A stretch of DNA of 64,000 bases, taken from positions 2,688,001 through 2,752,000 of the forward strand of contig CBDCJH010000002.1 of assembly GCA_965217775.1 (NCBI GenBank). Reading direction: 5' to 3'. The notes beneath the pieces are model-generated. The model had not been told where the DNA came from, searched no databases, and was given only the letters and a program-made list of their open reading frames with translations. Both the position numbers and the translations under genes were made by a program. Below, in pieces: positions 11,193 through 21,090 of this stretch; the stretch's first letter is position 1; the number at the start of each line of letters is the position of its first letter. The DNA comes from Acidobacteriota bacterium (GTDB taxonomy: Bacteria > Acidobacteriota > UBA6911 > RPQK01 > JAJDTT01).

Positions 11193-11939
11193 ATGGAGAT
11201 CGTTCGAGAGAAGGACAAGGCCACCATGAGTCAAGCCGCCGCCGCCAGGGCCTCAACCAAACTGCGGGAAGCCATCGACCGGCAGGGGACCGCCAGATTC
11301 TGCGTGGCCACGGGCAGCTCGCAGTTCGACTTCCTGGCGGCGCTGACCGCGGACCGATCGATCGACTGGTCCCGGACGACCCTGTTCCACCTCGACGAAT
11401 ACACCGGGATCTCCGAGACCCACCCCGCCAGCTTCCGCCGCTATCTCCGGGAGCGCCTGGTGGACCGGGTGCATCCGGGAGAGGTCCACTTCATCCGGGG
11501 CGAGGCGCCCGACCCTCAGGCCGAGTGCCATCGGATCTCAGGCCTCATCCAAGAGGGCCCGATCGACGTCGCCTTCATCGGCATCGGAGAGAACGGGCAC
11601 CTGGCCTTCAACGATCCACCCGCCGATTTCGAAACCGAGGAGCCCTATATCCTGGTCACCCTGGACGCCGCCTGCCGGCGGCAGCAGGTCTCCGAGGGGT
11701 GGTTCGCCAGCATCGACAAGGTGCCGGTCCAGGCGGTCTCCATGTCCATCCGCCAGATCCTGAAGGCCGAGTCCATCGTCTGCACCGTTCCCGGCATCCG
11801 CAAAGCGGAGGCGGTCCGCAATTGCGTGGAAGGCGAGATCACACCCCTGCACCCCTCGTCCATAATGAGGACCCACTCCGATTGCCGCCTGTATCTGGAC
11901 CGGGATTCCGCCTCACTCCTGGGAACTGCCTCCGGCTGA
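11193..11939 (+). CDS. nagB: Glucosamine-6-phosphate deaminase
   Basis: ATGSSQ, FHLDEY, GIGENGHLAFNDP, CRRQQV.EGWF, SMSIRQIL, HP.SI. Confidence 0.85.
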   Translation: MEIVREKDKATMSQAAAARASTKLREAIDRQGTARFCVATGSSQFDFLAALTADRSIDWSRTTLFHLDEYTGISETHPASFRRYLRERLVDRVHPGEVHFIRGEAPDPQAECHRISGLIQEGPIDVAFIGIGENGHLAFNDPPADFETEEPYILVTLDAACRRQQVSEGWFASIDKVPVQAVSMSIRQILKAESIVCTVPGIRKAEAVRNCVEGEITPLHPSSIMRTHSDCRLYLDRDSASLLGTASG

Positions 11940-12348
11940 ACAGTCCGTGGTGAAAGTCGCGCGAGCACCGAGACCGTTCCTGCGCCCGCCGGACAAGGCG
12001 CTTCAGAGGGAGCATACCGGGAGTATGTGAGCCGATAGCAACGCAGTCCGCACACGATGCAGGGACGGTCAAATGCCGTGACGACTTTTGCCACGGGCTG
12101 TGAAGGTCCCGAGTCTGCAATAACCTTCACCACGGGCCATCCGCTAGAATGGATCGCAGGTCCGAGTAAATCGCTGGTTCCGACTGGACAGCCGGAGAAT
12201 CGATTGCAGATTCTTGAACTCCTTCGTTACTTGGTATGTAGGCAAGGATTGACGGGACGCCTGCCGGGAGTCGGGACAAAACCCGAGGTCGAAGATTCGC
12301 GACTCCAAATCGACGTTCGGAGAAGGCTTGAAGCGCCTCCGTCACCGG

Positions 12349-12834
12349 ATGGAGAAGGAACCAGTGAGGTACAGAGAGTCGATTTGGAGCGTCCCGGCGA
12401 CATGGCGGGACGCCTACTTCAAACTTTTTGTGGCTCTCGTTATAGTGACCACGGCTCTGGTCGTCTGGCACGAGGTGGCCAGTGGGACGACGGACGGCAA
12501 CCTGGAGACGTTCCTCGCCATCGCGCGAGGGCTGTCTCCCGTGGTCGTCGTGGTCGCTGCCTGGAGCGTGGTTTCCGTGGAGGTGGGAAGAATGTTTTCG
12601 GAATGGTATCTGAATCGACGTTACGCCAAGGGACGTGCCAAGGGGCGTGCCGAGGGGCGTGCCGAGGGACGTACCCAGGGGCGTGCCGAGGGACGTACCC
12701 AGGGGCGTGCCAGAGAGCGCAAGCGCTGGGAATCCTGGAACCGCGCGCGCATAGCCGCCGAGGAACAAGGAAACAGTTTCACCGAGCTACCTCCGGCGGC
12801 CGCTGACGATCATCAGACCGGTGAGCGCGCGTGA
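12349..12834 (+). CDS. Hypothetical membrane protein: 2 TM helices plus a C-terminal (GRAE)n repeat module (cassette copy 1)
   Basis: Hydrophobic segments FKLFVALVIVTTALVVW and LSPVVVVVAAWSVVSV, then MFSEWYLNRRYAKG(RxxG)6RARERKRWESWN; start uncertain (12328/12349/12364). Confidence 0.6.
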   Translation: MEKEPVRYRESIWSVPATWRDAYFKLFVALVIVTTALVVWHEVASGTTDGNLETFLAIARGLSPVVVVVAAWSVVSVEVGRMFSEWYLNRRYAKGRAKGRAEGRAEGRTQGRAEGRTQGRARERKRWESWNRARIAAEEQGNSFTELPPAAADDHQTGERA

Positions 12835-12942
12835 AAGATTCGCCGGATCCTGACTGGCCCCGAAATTCGGACGGGGGAGGATAGGCCGTCGGCAGTTTCC
12901 AGTCTTTCGCTTGAAATTTGGAAATTCTTAAGGGTGGGAAGA

Positions 12943-13137
12943 ATGTTTTCGGAATGGTATCTGAATCGACGTTACGCCAAGGGGCGTGCCGAGGGACGTG
13001 CCCAGGGGCGTGCCAGAGAGCGCAAGCGCTGGGAATCCTGGAACCGCGCGCGCTTGGCCGCCGAGGAACAAGGAAAAAGTTTCACCGAGCTACCTCCGGC
13101 AGCCGCTGACGATCATCAGACCGGTGAGCGCGCGTGA
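12943..13137 (+). CDS. Small hypothetical protein, C-terminal module only (cassette copy 2)
   Basis: Near-identical to the C-terminal part of copy 1 with 2 RxxG repeats; ATG preceded by TAAGGGTGGGAAGA. Confidence 0.55.
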   Translation: MFSEWYLNRRYAKGRAEGRAQGRARERKRWESWNRARLAAEEQGKSFTELPPAAADDHQTGERA

Positions 13138-13238
13138 AAGATTCGTCAGATCCTGACTGAACCCGAAATTCGGACAGAGGAGGATAGGCTGCCGGCTGAA
13201 TCCAGTCTTCCGTTTGCAATTTCTTAAGGGCGCGAAAA

Positions 13239-13445
13239 ATGTTTTCGGAATGGTATCTCAATCGTCGTTACGCCAAGGGGCTTGCTGAGGGACGTTCTGA
13301 GGGGCGGGCTGAGGGGCGGGCAAGAGAGCGCGAACGCTGGAAAACCTGGAACCGCCTCCGAATGGAGGCCGAGGAACAGGGCAAGAGGTTCACCGAGCCG
13401 CCTCCGGCAGCCGTTGACGATCGGCTGCCCGGAGAACTCACCTGA
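13239..13445 (+). CDS. Small hypothetical protein, C-terminal module only (cassette copy 3, diverged)
   Basis: MFSEWYLNRRYAKG with 3 xxEG repeats, then RARERERWKTWN..EEQGKRFTEPPP; frame kept despite nucleotide divergence. Confidence 0.55.
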   Translation: MFSEWYLNRRYAKGLAEGRSEGRAEGRARERERWKTWNRLRMEAEEQGKRFTEPPPAAVDDRLPGELT

Positions 13446-13557
13446 AACCGGAATACGGAGAACGAACGACCGCAAGACCGGTTGCATTCAAACCAGGACG
13501 ATTTGAAACCCCGGTGAGCCTTCCCCTCACCGGCCGGCGCGGGTGTGGTTTATGGCG

Positions 13558-14661
13558 TTACGCGATCCTGAGCCGGACCCAGCGGTTGTGGGTGACGGAT
13601 TCGACGGTGCACCAGAAGTAGACCAGTAGATCTCCGTCCGGGAGCAGAATTCCCCAGGGCCGGCCGAAGGCGATCTTCTGGTGGGCGTCGATGAACTCGT
13701 CCACCGCTTTCGCCGTCATGGTTTCCTCGCCGGCCCGAAACACCACGGCCTGATTTTCGACGTCGTAGTTCTCCAGATCCTCGGTGATCGCGACGTGGAT
13801 TCCCTGGGGTTCGCGGCGAAAATTGTAGATGGCCGCCACCCGGCCGTCGGGTAGCGCGATGGGGGCACAGAGCTGCCCCTGCAAGTTGGTGGGACGAGGC
13901 TTGCTCCAGGTCCGGCCGGCGTCCGCTGAAACCACCCAGTGGTCGTTGACGTCCTCTCCCTGCCCCACACCCCAGGTCCGGGTCCAGAGGGTGGTGTAGA
14001 TCCGTCCATCCGGCAACACGGACTGCATCTGGTCGGCGTAGTGGAGGCGCTCCTCCGGATCGTCGGCCACCACCGACCACTCGTCCCAGGTCTGTCCCTG
14101 ATCCGATGAGAAGACGGCCCCCGCCTTCTGGTCCACCGGCCCCTCGTAGCCGTCCGGCTTCCAAGTCTCGAACGGATACATCCAGCGGTCGGGCGCGAGA
14201 ATCAGGAGCTGACCCGAAAGGCTGCTCACGTATTTCTCGGGAGGCAGCGGGTTGGGCACCACCTCGGGTCCCGACCAGGACCGGCCCTGATCGGACGAGC
14301 GGAAGAGGACCATCTGTGTCGGCTTCAATCCCTCGGTGGCCGGATTGTACATCTCGTCGTTGTCCAGGAGATAACGGGCGGCCGCCATCACCAGGCTGCC
14401 ATCCTCCAGAGGAGCGATCATGGGCGCCCGGTAGCACCATCCATCCGCCGGGAGACCGCCGTGGATGCTTCCTTCGTTGGTCCAAATGCGGCCCCCGTCG
14501 GTGGAGCGCAACACCTCGATGTGGTTGTCCGGAGAGCACAAGCCGCTCCCGACGTGCTGCGCCGCCAGCAGCGACCCGCCCTGGAGTGGCCTCACGCAGG
14601 GAAAGTAGGCGCCGCGCCCAGGAACGTGAGAGAGAATTCCTCGGTCCACGATTTCGAGCAT
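13558..14661 (-). CDS. Sialidase-family / BNR (Asp-box) repeat protein
   Basis: Asp boxes RSTDGGRIW, RSSDQGRSW, SSDQGQTW, SADAGRTW. Confidence 0.75.
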   Translation of the reverse strand: MLEIVDRGILSHVPGRGAYFPCVRPLQGGSLLAAQHVGSGLCSPDNHIEVLRSTDGGRIWTNEGSIHGGLPADGWCYRAPMIAPLEDGSLVMAAARYLLDNDEMYNPATEGLKPTQMVLFRSSDQGRSWSGPEVVPNPLPPEKYVSSLSGQLLILAPDRWMYPFETWKPDGYEGPVDQKAGAVFSSDQGQTWDEWSVVADDPEERLHYADQMQSVLPDGRIYTTLWTRTWGVGQGEDVNDHWVVSADAGRTWSKPRPTNLQGQLCAPIALPDGRVAAIYNFRREPQGIHVAITEDLENYDVENQAVVFRAGEETMTAKAVDEFIDAHQKIAFGRPWGILLPDGDLLVYFWCTVESVTHNRWVRLRIA

Positions 14662-14696
14662 GGGAATTTCCTTGGAAGTCCGTCGCGCGGAAGCGG

Positions 14697-17579
14697 CTAC
14701 CTCTCGTAGGTCACCCAGGCCGGAGAGCCCCAGGCGATCTCGCCGTCCTCCTGCAGGACCCGAATGTAGTAGTAGCTCTCACCCGAGCCGGCCGCGTCGC
14801 CGTCCGTGAAGTCCAGACGGAACGTGGGCTGGCCGGGTTCCACCGAGTAGAGGACCCGGTTGTCCTTGATCAGGTCCACCCGCCTGATGGTCCCGGTCCC
14901 CAGTATGGCCGCCTGGATTCTCACCGGCTGAGAGCTGGTGAAGATCTCCCCCATCAGATGCTCGCCGCCGGACCCCACGAACCGGACGTCCAGCACGATG
15001 TTGTCGGTGGCGCCATAGGCCCGGCGGGCTCGTATGGCCTCCATCAAACCCTCCCGGGTGAGGCGCTCCGCGATGAGACAGGCATAGCTGATGTGGGTCG
15101 AAAGGTGGTCCGAAGAGGCGATGAACCCCAGCTTGAGACCCTTCTCCAGAGCGCTCCAGGCCGTGCCGTCACGGCGGGAAGGCGAACTGTCTTCCTGGAG
15201 TGTCGGCGTGGGCTCCAGCGTCTTGGGACGAGGGGAACCGGGATGCTCGTAGGTGTCGCGCATGCCCTGGTAGATCTCCAGCAGCGTCTCCACCTCGGGA
15301 TCGGAGTCCCGCCAGTCGGTTCCGGCCCCGGTGGCGATGGTGTGGGGGATGGAGGTGCCCCCGGTCCGGCGCAGGTAACCGAAGAGGCGCTCGGCCCCGT
15401 CCAGACCCATGCGTTCCGCCGTGAGCACTTCCAGGATGTTGTTTCCGCGCTGGGTGAAGAGGACGTTCCGGTGACCGTTGGGAAACTGGACCGAGCGCTC
15501 GTAGGCATAGAACGCGGTGAAGTCGTCGTCGAGCTGGAACAGATCGGCGAACTTCTGGGTCCGCCACCAGGCGTACGGCTCGGCGATTTCGTGGTTGTGG
15601 TCCGAGGTTCCCAGAAAGTCCATGGCCGCGGCGTCCCGCGCATACCGGTAGGCGTCGAGCAGACCGCCGTCGCCGCCCCCGTCCAGGGAGATGTCGGTGT
15701 GCCGGTGGGTGTCACCCCGGTAGATGAAGTAGGTCTTCCCGCCGGCCTCCACCCGATAGGAGCGGATCCGCTCCACCTGCTCGGCCTCGTCGGGATGGAT
15801 CCGGTCCACCGAACCGGCGGCGGCCGGCGACCAGGGCTGCAGGGCCAGCGTTTTCCGACCCGGACTCGATCCCAGGGGAGAGACCATCACCCGCCCGTAC
15901 TGGGGCAATGCCGACTTGGCGCTCCGCATGTCTGTGGCCCAGATGCCCCAGACGCGTCCGTCCGCATCGAGAGCCGTGGCCGGCGACATGTCGTTCCGCC
16001 CGCTGCTCTGCCGGACCCGGACCAGTTCACTCCACCGGGAGCCGTCATAGCGGGTGACGTGGACTTCCCACATGGGGAAGTACCGAGGCCTCCCGGCAGG
16101 ACCCCGCTTGGTGACGTTGCGGACCAGCAGCCAGGGATGCCCGTCCGCGTCGATCTGGAGATGGGGAAGCTCCCACTCGCGGGCCGCATCCAGGCGATCG
16201 CCCAAGGGATGGACCGTGGTGAGCAGTCGCTCGCCGTCCACGCAGGCCAGGCCCAACCAACGAGACTCCCTCAGCTCGGTTCCCTTGCGTTGAACCAGCC
16301 GGCCCGTGTCCTTGCCCCACTCGGGACCCGACTCGTGCCAGGCCACCCAGATTCGGTCCTGCGGATCCACGGCGACCGTCGGGGCGGCCTCGAAGCGCTC
16401 GGTCCCCGCCACCACCTGGACCGGCTGCCACTCGCCGGCAGAGTATCGCCTCAGGTAGACGTCGTAGTTCCCCGCCGCATAGCCGTCCCAGACCACGGCC
16501 ACCGACCCGGATTCGCCGGCAGCCACCGACGGGGTCCAGTTGTTCCCTTCGGCTGAATCGCCCTGACCGAGTTGGACCGTCTCGCTCCAGCGGGCCCCCT
16601 CCAAGCTCCGGGCCACGATCTGGCTTCGTCCCTCGATGACCGTCTGCCAGACCAGCAAGAGGTTCCCCGATTTGTCGGTGACGGCCCTGTGATAGATGTC
16701 GGGACCCGGCTCCCGGGTCAAACGGTGAACGCCGGACCAGGCCTCGCCGTCGTGGCGGCGGGCGTACAGATCCCAGTTCCCTTCCACCTGCATCGACCAG
16801 ATGGCCCAGACCCCGCCGTCCGAGTCGTGGGCCAGAGCGCTGCGGAACACGTCCGCCTCCCGGGCCAGGACCCAGACCGGTCCCCAGGCATCCCCCTGCT
16901 TGCGCCGGACGCAGACCGAATCGTGATGGCGCTCGTCATACTCCTGCCACGCGGCCCAGAGGTCTCCCGAAGGGGTGGCCATGAGGGCCGGATAGTCCTG
17001 CTGGCCGGTCCGCTCCCGAGCCACCTGAGCCGCCGGCGGCACCCGCTCCACCCGGACTCGATCTCCGAGCCGGGACTCGGGACGGAACAACGGCAGATCC
17101 GCCGGACCGACGGAGAAGTCCTGTCCTCCGGCCCGGACCTGGAACGGCGCCTGGCCCGGATTGTCCCAGAGCCGGACGAAGAGGCTGGGGTGCCGGATCC
17201 GGGCTCGATCCTGATAGCGAACCCAGTCAAAGGTGGTGTGCGCCAGCCAGCTTTCGGGTCCCGTGAGCCGGTCGTTGGGGATCTTCGGGTCGACGATGGT
17301 GCGCCAGCCGGCGCCGAAGTCGTGACGGTAAACTCCGGCGCGGAAGTGCTCGGGGACCAGCTCCGCTTTCTGGCCCGGCTGGAGGCGGAGATTCCCGGAC
17401 CAGTCCCGGGGCTCCGAATCGGTGAGGCCCAGAGTGACCCGAAACACCGAATCCGGAAATCGGATGTCGGAAACGGGAACCGACTCGACCTTCGAGTCCA
17501 GGGCCGATTCCTGGGACCCGCATCCCGACAGGACCAAGATCAGAACCAACGAGACGGAGGCACTCTGCCTTTTCTTCAT
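14697..17579 (-). CDS. Large lipoprotein with propeller-like repeats and a C-terminal PHP-like (DUF3604/CehA-McbA-type) metallohydrolase domain
   Basis: Lipobox LSGC; GDTHRHT..S.DG, SDHN, YE....GHRNV, IPH, EIYQ, GFIASSDH, YGAT, YYYIRV.Q.DG..AW.SP.WV. Confidence 0.7.
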   Translation of the reverse strand: MKKRQSASVSLVLILVLSGCGSQESALDSKVESVPVSDIRFPDSVFRVTLGLTDSEPRDWSGNLRLQPGQKAELVPEHFRAGVYRHDFGAGWRTIVDPKIPNDRLTGPESWLAHTTFDWVRYQDRARIRHPSLFVRLWDNPGQAPFQVRAGGQDFSVGPADLPLFRPESRLGDRVRVERVPPAAQVARERTGQQDYPALMATPSGDLWAAWQEYDERHHDSVCVRRKQGDAWGPVWVLAREADVFRSALAHDSDGGVWAIWSMQVEGNWDLYARRHDGEAWSGVHRLTREPGPDIYHRAVTDKSGNLLLVWQTVIEGRSQIVARSLEGARWSETVQLGQGDSAEGNNWTPSVAAGESGSVAVVWDGYAAGNYDVYLRRYSAGEWQPVQVVAGTERFEAAPTVAVDPQDRIWVAWHESGPEWGKDTGRLVQRKGTELRESRWLGLACVDGERLLTTVHPLGDRLDAAREWELPHLQIDADGHPWLLVRNVTKRGPAGRPRYFPMWEVHVTRYDGSRWSELVRVRQSSGRNDMSPATALDADGRVWGIWATDMRSAKSALPQYGRVMVSPLGSSPGRKTLALQPWSPAAAGSVDRIHPDEAEQVERIRSYRVEAGGKTYFIYRGDTHRHTDISLDGGGDGGLLDAYRYARDAAAMDFLGTSDHNHEIAEPYAWWRTQKFADLFQLDDDFTAFYAYERSVQFPNGHRNVLFTQRGNNILEVLTAERMGLDGAERLFGYLRRTGGTSIPHTIATGAGTDWRDSDPEVETLLEIYQGMRDTYEHPGSPRPKTLEPTPTLQEDSSPSRRDGTAWSALEKGLKLGFIASSDHLSTHISYACLIAERLTREGLMEAIRARRAYGATDNIVLDVRFVGSGGEHLMGEIFTSSQPVRIQAAILGTGTIRRVDLIKDNRVLYSVEPGQPTFRLDFTDGDAAGSGESYYYIRVLQEDGEIAWGSPAWVTYER

Positions 17580-17674
17580 GGATCACAATTCCCCCGCTTA
17601 TCGGTCCGGTTTTCCCAGTGGTCTAACATGAGTATGGGGAGCGGGACAAGATTCGATTTCAAGCCGCGAGGAGA

Positions 17675-18751
17675 TCAACGGGTACGCACCTGGACCCGGC
17701 GTCCGGTTTCGCTTGACTCGTAGGCCGCTTCCACGATGCGCGCCACCTGGAGCGCGTCCTCTCCTGAAGCCGGGACAGTCCCCTCTCCCCAGGTCGCTTT
17801 CAGGAAATCCCGGACGAAACGCTCTCCGGGAACCCCGCCATAGGCCGGTGACGAAGCCAAGGTATATTCGAACTCCCGCCAAGGGGCGTCGGACCAGTCG
17901 GGATGGTCCGTCTCCACTTGGAGCCGGTCGGGAGTCCCGGCGGAAGAGAAGTACAAGCGGCCCCGCCTGCCATTGATTCCCACATAGTTGTCGTAACCCC
18001 CCACGTTGTGGTAGCCGCTGCCGCTCAGGGCCATGACGAATCCGACGTGGAGGGTGCCCACGGTCCCGGAGGCGAGACGGAAGGAGAGCACGGCCACGTC
18101 CTCCACGTCGATCTCCTCGCCGCTCCGGGTGGCCACCTCGGCCGACACCGAAACGATCTCCTCTCCGGTGACGAACCGGATCTTGTCGACGTAGTGGCAG
18201 CCCAGCCAGGAGAGCATGCCGCCCCCCGAAATCCGTTTCTTGAAGAGCCAATAGTCGGGATCGCGGAAGCGGACCTGGGTCGTGAGCATCCGGAGTTCCA
18301 GCGACATGAGCGTTCCCAGCAGGCCCTGCGCGATGATCTCCCGCACCTGGCGGACCAGGGGATGGTACCTCCGCCCGTAGAAGACACCCAGCTTCCGGCC
18401 GTTGTCCCGCGCCGACCGGACGACCCGGCCGATCTCCTCAACCGTGGGACCGATGGGCTTCTCGGCCAGGACGTGATGCCCCGTCTCCAGCGCCTGGACG
18501 CAGACGTCGGGACTCCGGTCGGTCCGCGGGCTGGCCACGGCCAGGTGCGCGCCTGCCGCCAGGATCGACGACAGATCGGTCGATACCCGCTCCACCTTTG
18601 AGCTCCCGGCTTCCTCGACGCCGGGAATGAACTTCTCACTTTCGGACCAGACCAGGACCCGATCCACCTCGGGAAGCTGATCGAGCGTTTTCAGGTGCGC
18701 AATCGAATGGGGATTGTCCAGACCCAGCAGGACCGCGTCGATTTTTCGCAT
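17675..18751 (-). CDS. Gfo/Idh/MocA family oxidoreductase
   Basis: HVLAEKP, GGGML.WLGCHY.D, EDVA motifs. Confidence 0.85.
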   Translation of the reverse strand: MRKIDAVLLGLDNPHSIAHLKTLDQLPEVDRVLVWSESEKFIPGVEEAGSSKVERVSTDLSSILAAGAHLAVASPRTDRSPDVCVQALETGHHVLAEKPIGPTVEEIGRVVRSARDNGRKLGVFYGRRYHPLVRQVREIIAQGLLGTLMSLELRMLTTQVRFRDPDYWLFKKRISGGGMLSWLGCHYVDKIRFVTGEEIVSVSAEVATRSGEEIDVEDVAVLSFRLASGTVGTLHVGFVMALSGSGYHNVGGYDNYVGINGRRGRLYFSSAGTPDRLQVETDHPDWSDAPWREFEYTLASSPAYGGVPGERFVRDFLKATWGEGTVPASGEDALQVARIVEAAYESSETGRRVQVRTR

Positions 18752-18907
18752 GTGAACACTCCTTCCGAACCGGCCATGCACTCACCAACGTCAACGAACC
18801 GTCAAGAGGAGGTCAAGACTACCACGCGGGGAAACTGGTAAGCTTTACGGGCTGCCGAGGCCACCGGGACCGCCGCTTCCACCATACTCGTTGAAAGGGG
18901 AATCCGA

Positions 18908-19897
18908 ATGAAGCTGAGACCTTTGGGGAAGACGGGACGCATGATGAGTCCCATCGGATTGGGTTGCGCCACCTTTGGCCGGGAGATCGATGAGGAGACC
19001 TCGTGGCGGGTGCTGGACTACGCCGTGGAGAAGGGCGTCACCTTCCTGGACACGGCCGAGTCCTACGGCGGAGGCAATTCCCAGCAGTACCGGATCAAGG
19101 AGTATGGGGTCGAGGACAGGCGCGAGGTCACCCTGGAGATGAACTCATCGGAGAACATCATCGGCCGCTGGATGGAGGCGCGGGGCTGCCGGAACGAGGT
19201 GACGGTCTGCACCAAGGTCAGCACCGGCGCCAGTCCCGAGAATATCCACAAGGCTCTGGCGGCAAGCCTGGAACGGCTCCGGACCGATTCGGTCGACGCC
19301 TACAAGATCCATTCCCCCGACCCCAACGTCCCCATCGAAGAGAGCCTGGACGCCCTCAACCAGGAAGCGGATGCGGGACGCATCGTGGCCCTGGGCTGCA
19401 GCAACTTCACCGCGGACATGATGCGCGAGTCGATGGCGATCAGCCGCAAGCGGGGCTACCGCTGTTTCGAGATCACCCAGCCTCCGTACAACCTGGCCAT
19501 CAGGGAATACGAGCGGGACCTCTTCCCCCTATGCAGCCGCGAACAGATCGCCGTCACCACCTACAGTCCTCTGGGAGCCGGCTTTTTCGCGGGCAAGTAC
19601 GCGGCCGGAATGGAAAACCTGCCCTCGGGAACCCGCTTCGACATCGTCCCCGGACACGGGGACATCTACTTTCACGACCGGTTCTTCAGGATTGTGGAAC
19701 AGCTTCGAGCCAAGTCCGAGGAGACGGGATTCTCCATGGTGCGGCTGGCCATGGCGTGGGCCATGAGCAACCCGGACGTGACGGCGGTCCTGGCGGGCGC
19801 ACGCAAGTACGACCACATCGACAACGCTCTGGAATCGTTTCGGATGAACCTGGATCCGGAGTTGAAGGCCGAAATGTCTTCGTGGGGAGAAGTCTGA
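18908..19897 (+). CDS. Aldo/keto reductase
   Basis: LGKTG..SPIGLG, FLDTAESYG, TKV, SLERL.TD..D.Y.IH, LGCSN, QPPYNL, YSPLG.G. Confidence 0.92.
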   Translation: MKLRPLGKTGRMMSPIGLGCATFGREIDEETSWRVLDYAVEKGVTFLDTAESYGGGNSQQYRIKEYGVEDRREVTLEMNSSENIIGRWMEARGCRNEVTVCTKVSTGASPENIHKALAASLERLRTDSVDAYKIHSPDPNVPIEESLDALNQEADAGRIVALGCSNFTADMMRESMAISRKRGYRCFEITQPPYNLAIREYERDLFPLCSREQIAVTTYSPLGAGFFAGKYAAGMENLPSGTRFDIVPGHGDIYFHDRFFRIVEQLRAKSEETGFSMVRLAMAWAMSNPDVTAVLAGARKYDHIDNALESFRMNLDPELKAEMSSWGEV

Positions 19898-19958
19898 TCC
19901 GTTAGAGAAGGTCCCCCGTCAGGGCGGGACCGTTGACGCTCCTGCATGCCCAGGACGC

Positions 19959-20975
19959 TTGGCCGGGAGTACGCGACCTTTGAAGTCCAATAGCCGGACC
20001 CCGACCCCCGTCGTTGTCCTGAGCCGTTGCCTCGGCGTCGAAGCCTGCCGCTACAACGGCAAGATGATCCGGGAAGACTTCATCCACCATCTTTCCTCCT
20101 ACGTGAAGATCCGGCCGGTTTGCCCCGAACTGGAGATCGGCCTGGGCGTTCCGCGGGACCCCATCCGGATCCTCGCCGGCGACGGCGGCCGGACCCTGGT
20201 TCAACCGGCGACCGGGCGCGACCTGACCCAAGGGATGACCACCTTCAGCCAGTCGTTCTTGGGAACACTGAAAGAAGTGGACGGATTCATCCTCAAGAGC
20301 CGGTCCCCCAGTTGCGGCATCCGGGACACCAAGATCCACGACGCCGATCGGGAGACGGTGCTGGAACGCGGTGCCGGGATCTTCGCCGCGGCCGTCCTGG
20401 AGCACTTTCCCGACGCCGCCGTCGAGGACGAAAAGCGCCTCCGGAATCGAATCCGGCGGGAACAATTCCTGACCCGGCTCTACGCCCTGGCCCGGCTTCG
20501 CCGGATCACCCGAAGACCGACCCGGGAAGCCTTGAACCGGTTCCATGCCAAGAACCGCCTTCTGCTCATGGCCTACAACCGGAAGGAGCTGGATCGGCTG
20601 GACAAACTGTTGTCGGACGACGGCGAGCCGGATGCGGCCTTCCTCGCCAAGGAGTACAAGAGGCGTTTGTCGAACGCCCTTTCCCGCAATCCCCGGTACA
20701 CCTCCCTCATCGGCGTCCTGATCTACGCCTTCGGGCCGATTTCCAAGCAGTTGACCGACCGGGACAAGGCCCTCTTTCTGGATCGGCTCGAACGTTTCCG
20801 GAACGGCAAGATTCCCGCCAGCGGACCGGTGAGCCTGCTGCGGTCCTGGGTCCTGCGCCACGGTCCCAGGGACCTGAGGAATCAGACCTTGTTCAATCTC
20901 TATCCCATGGAGTTGAACGAAGTCGCCGACCCAGCCACGAAGAAGCCCCTGCAACGTTCTCTCTACGACATTTGA
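19959..20975 (+). CDS. DUF523/DUF1722 domain protein (YbbK-YbgA-like; 2-thiouracil desulfurase family N-domain)
   Basis: SRCLG..ACRYNG, PVCPELEIGLGVPRDPIR, GFILKSRSPSCG, G.GIFA, FHA.N.LLLMAY, YP.EL. Confidence 0.88.
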   Translation: MAGSTRPLKSNSRTPTPVVVLSRCLGVEACRYNGKMIREDFIHHLSSYVKIRPVCPELEIGLGVPRDPIRILAGDGGRTLVQPATGRDLTQGMTTFSQSFLGTLKEVDGFILKSRSPSCGIRDTKIHDADRETVLERGAGIFAAAVLEHFPDAAVEDEKRLRNRIRREQFLTRLYALARLRRITRRPTREALNRFHAKNRLLLMAYNRKELDRLDKLLSDDGEPDAAFLAKEYKRRLSNALSRNPRYTSLIGVLIYAFGPISKQLTDRDKALFLDRLERFRNGKIPASGPVSLLRSWVLRHGPRDLRNQTLFNLYPMELNEVADPATKKPLQRSLYDI

Positions 20976-21090
20976 GCCGGCCGTCTCCGGTAGTCCGTGG
21001 AACCGGACCGGCGGGCTCTCCTCCAGCTTGCATTTCCTTCCCTCCCGTAGGAATCTGGCTCGGTCAACCGCCAGGGAGGCAACACACGGC

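Noticed and set aside
11940-12330. ORFs or RNA gene in the gap after nagB
   Set aside because: No credible coding signal or tRNA-like fold seen.
12625-12715. 12-bp tandem repeats as a CRISPR array
   Set aside because: Contiguous in-frame coding repeats with no spacers and no cas genes.
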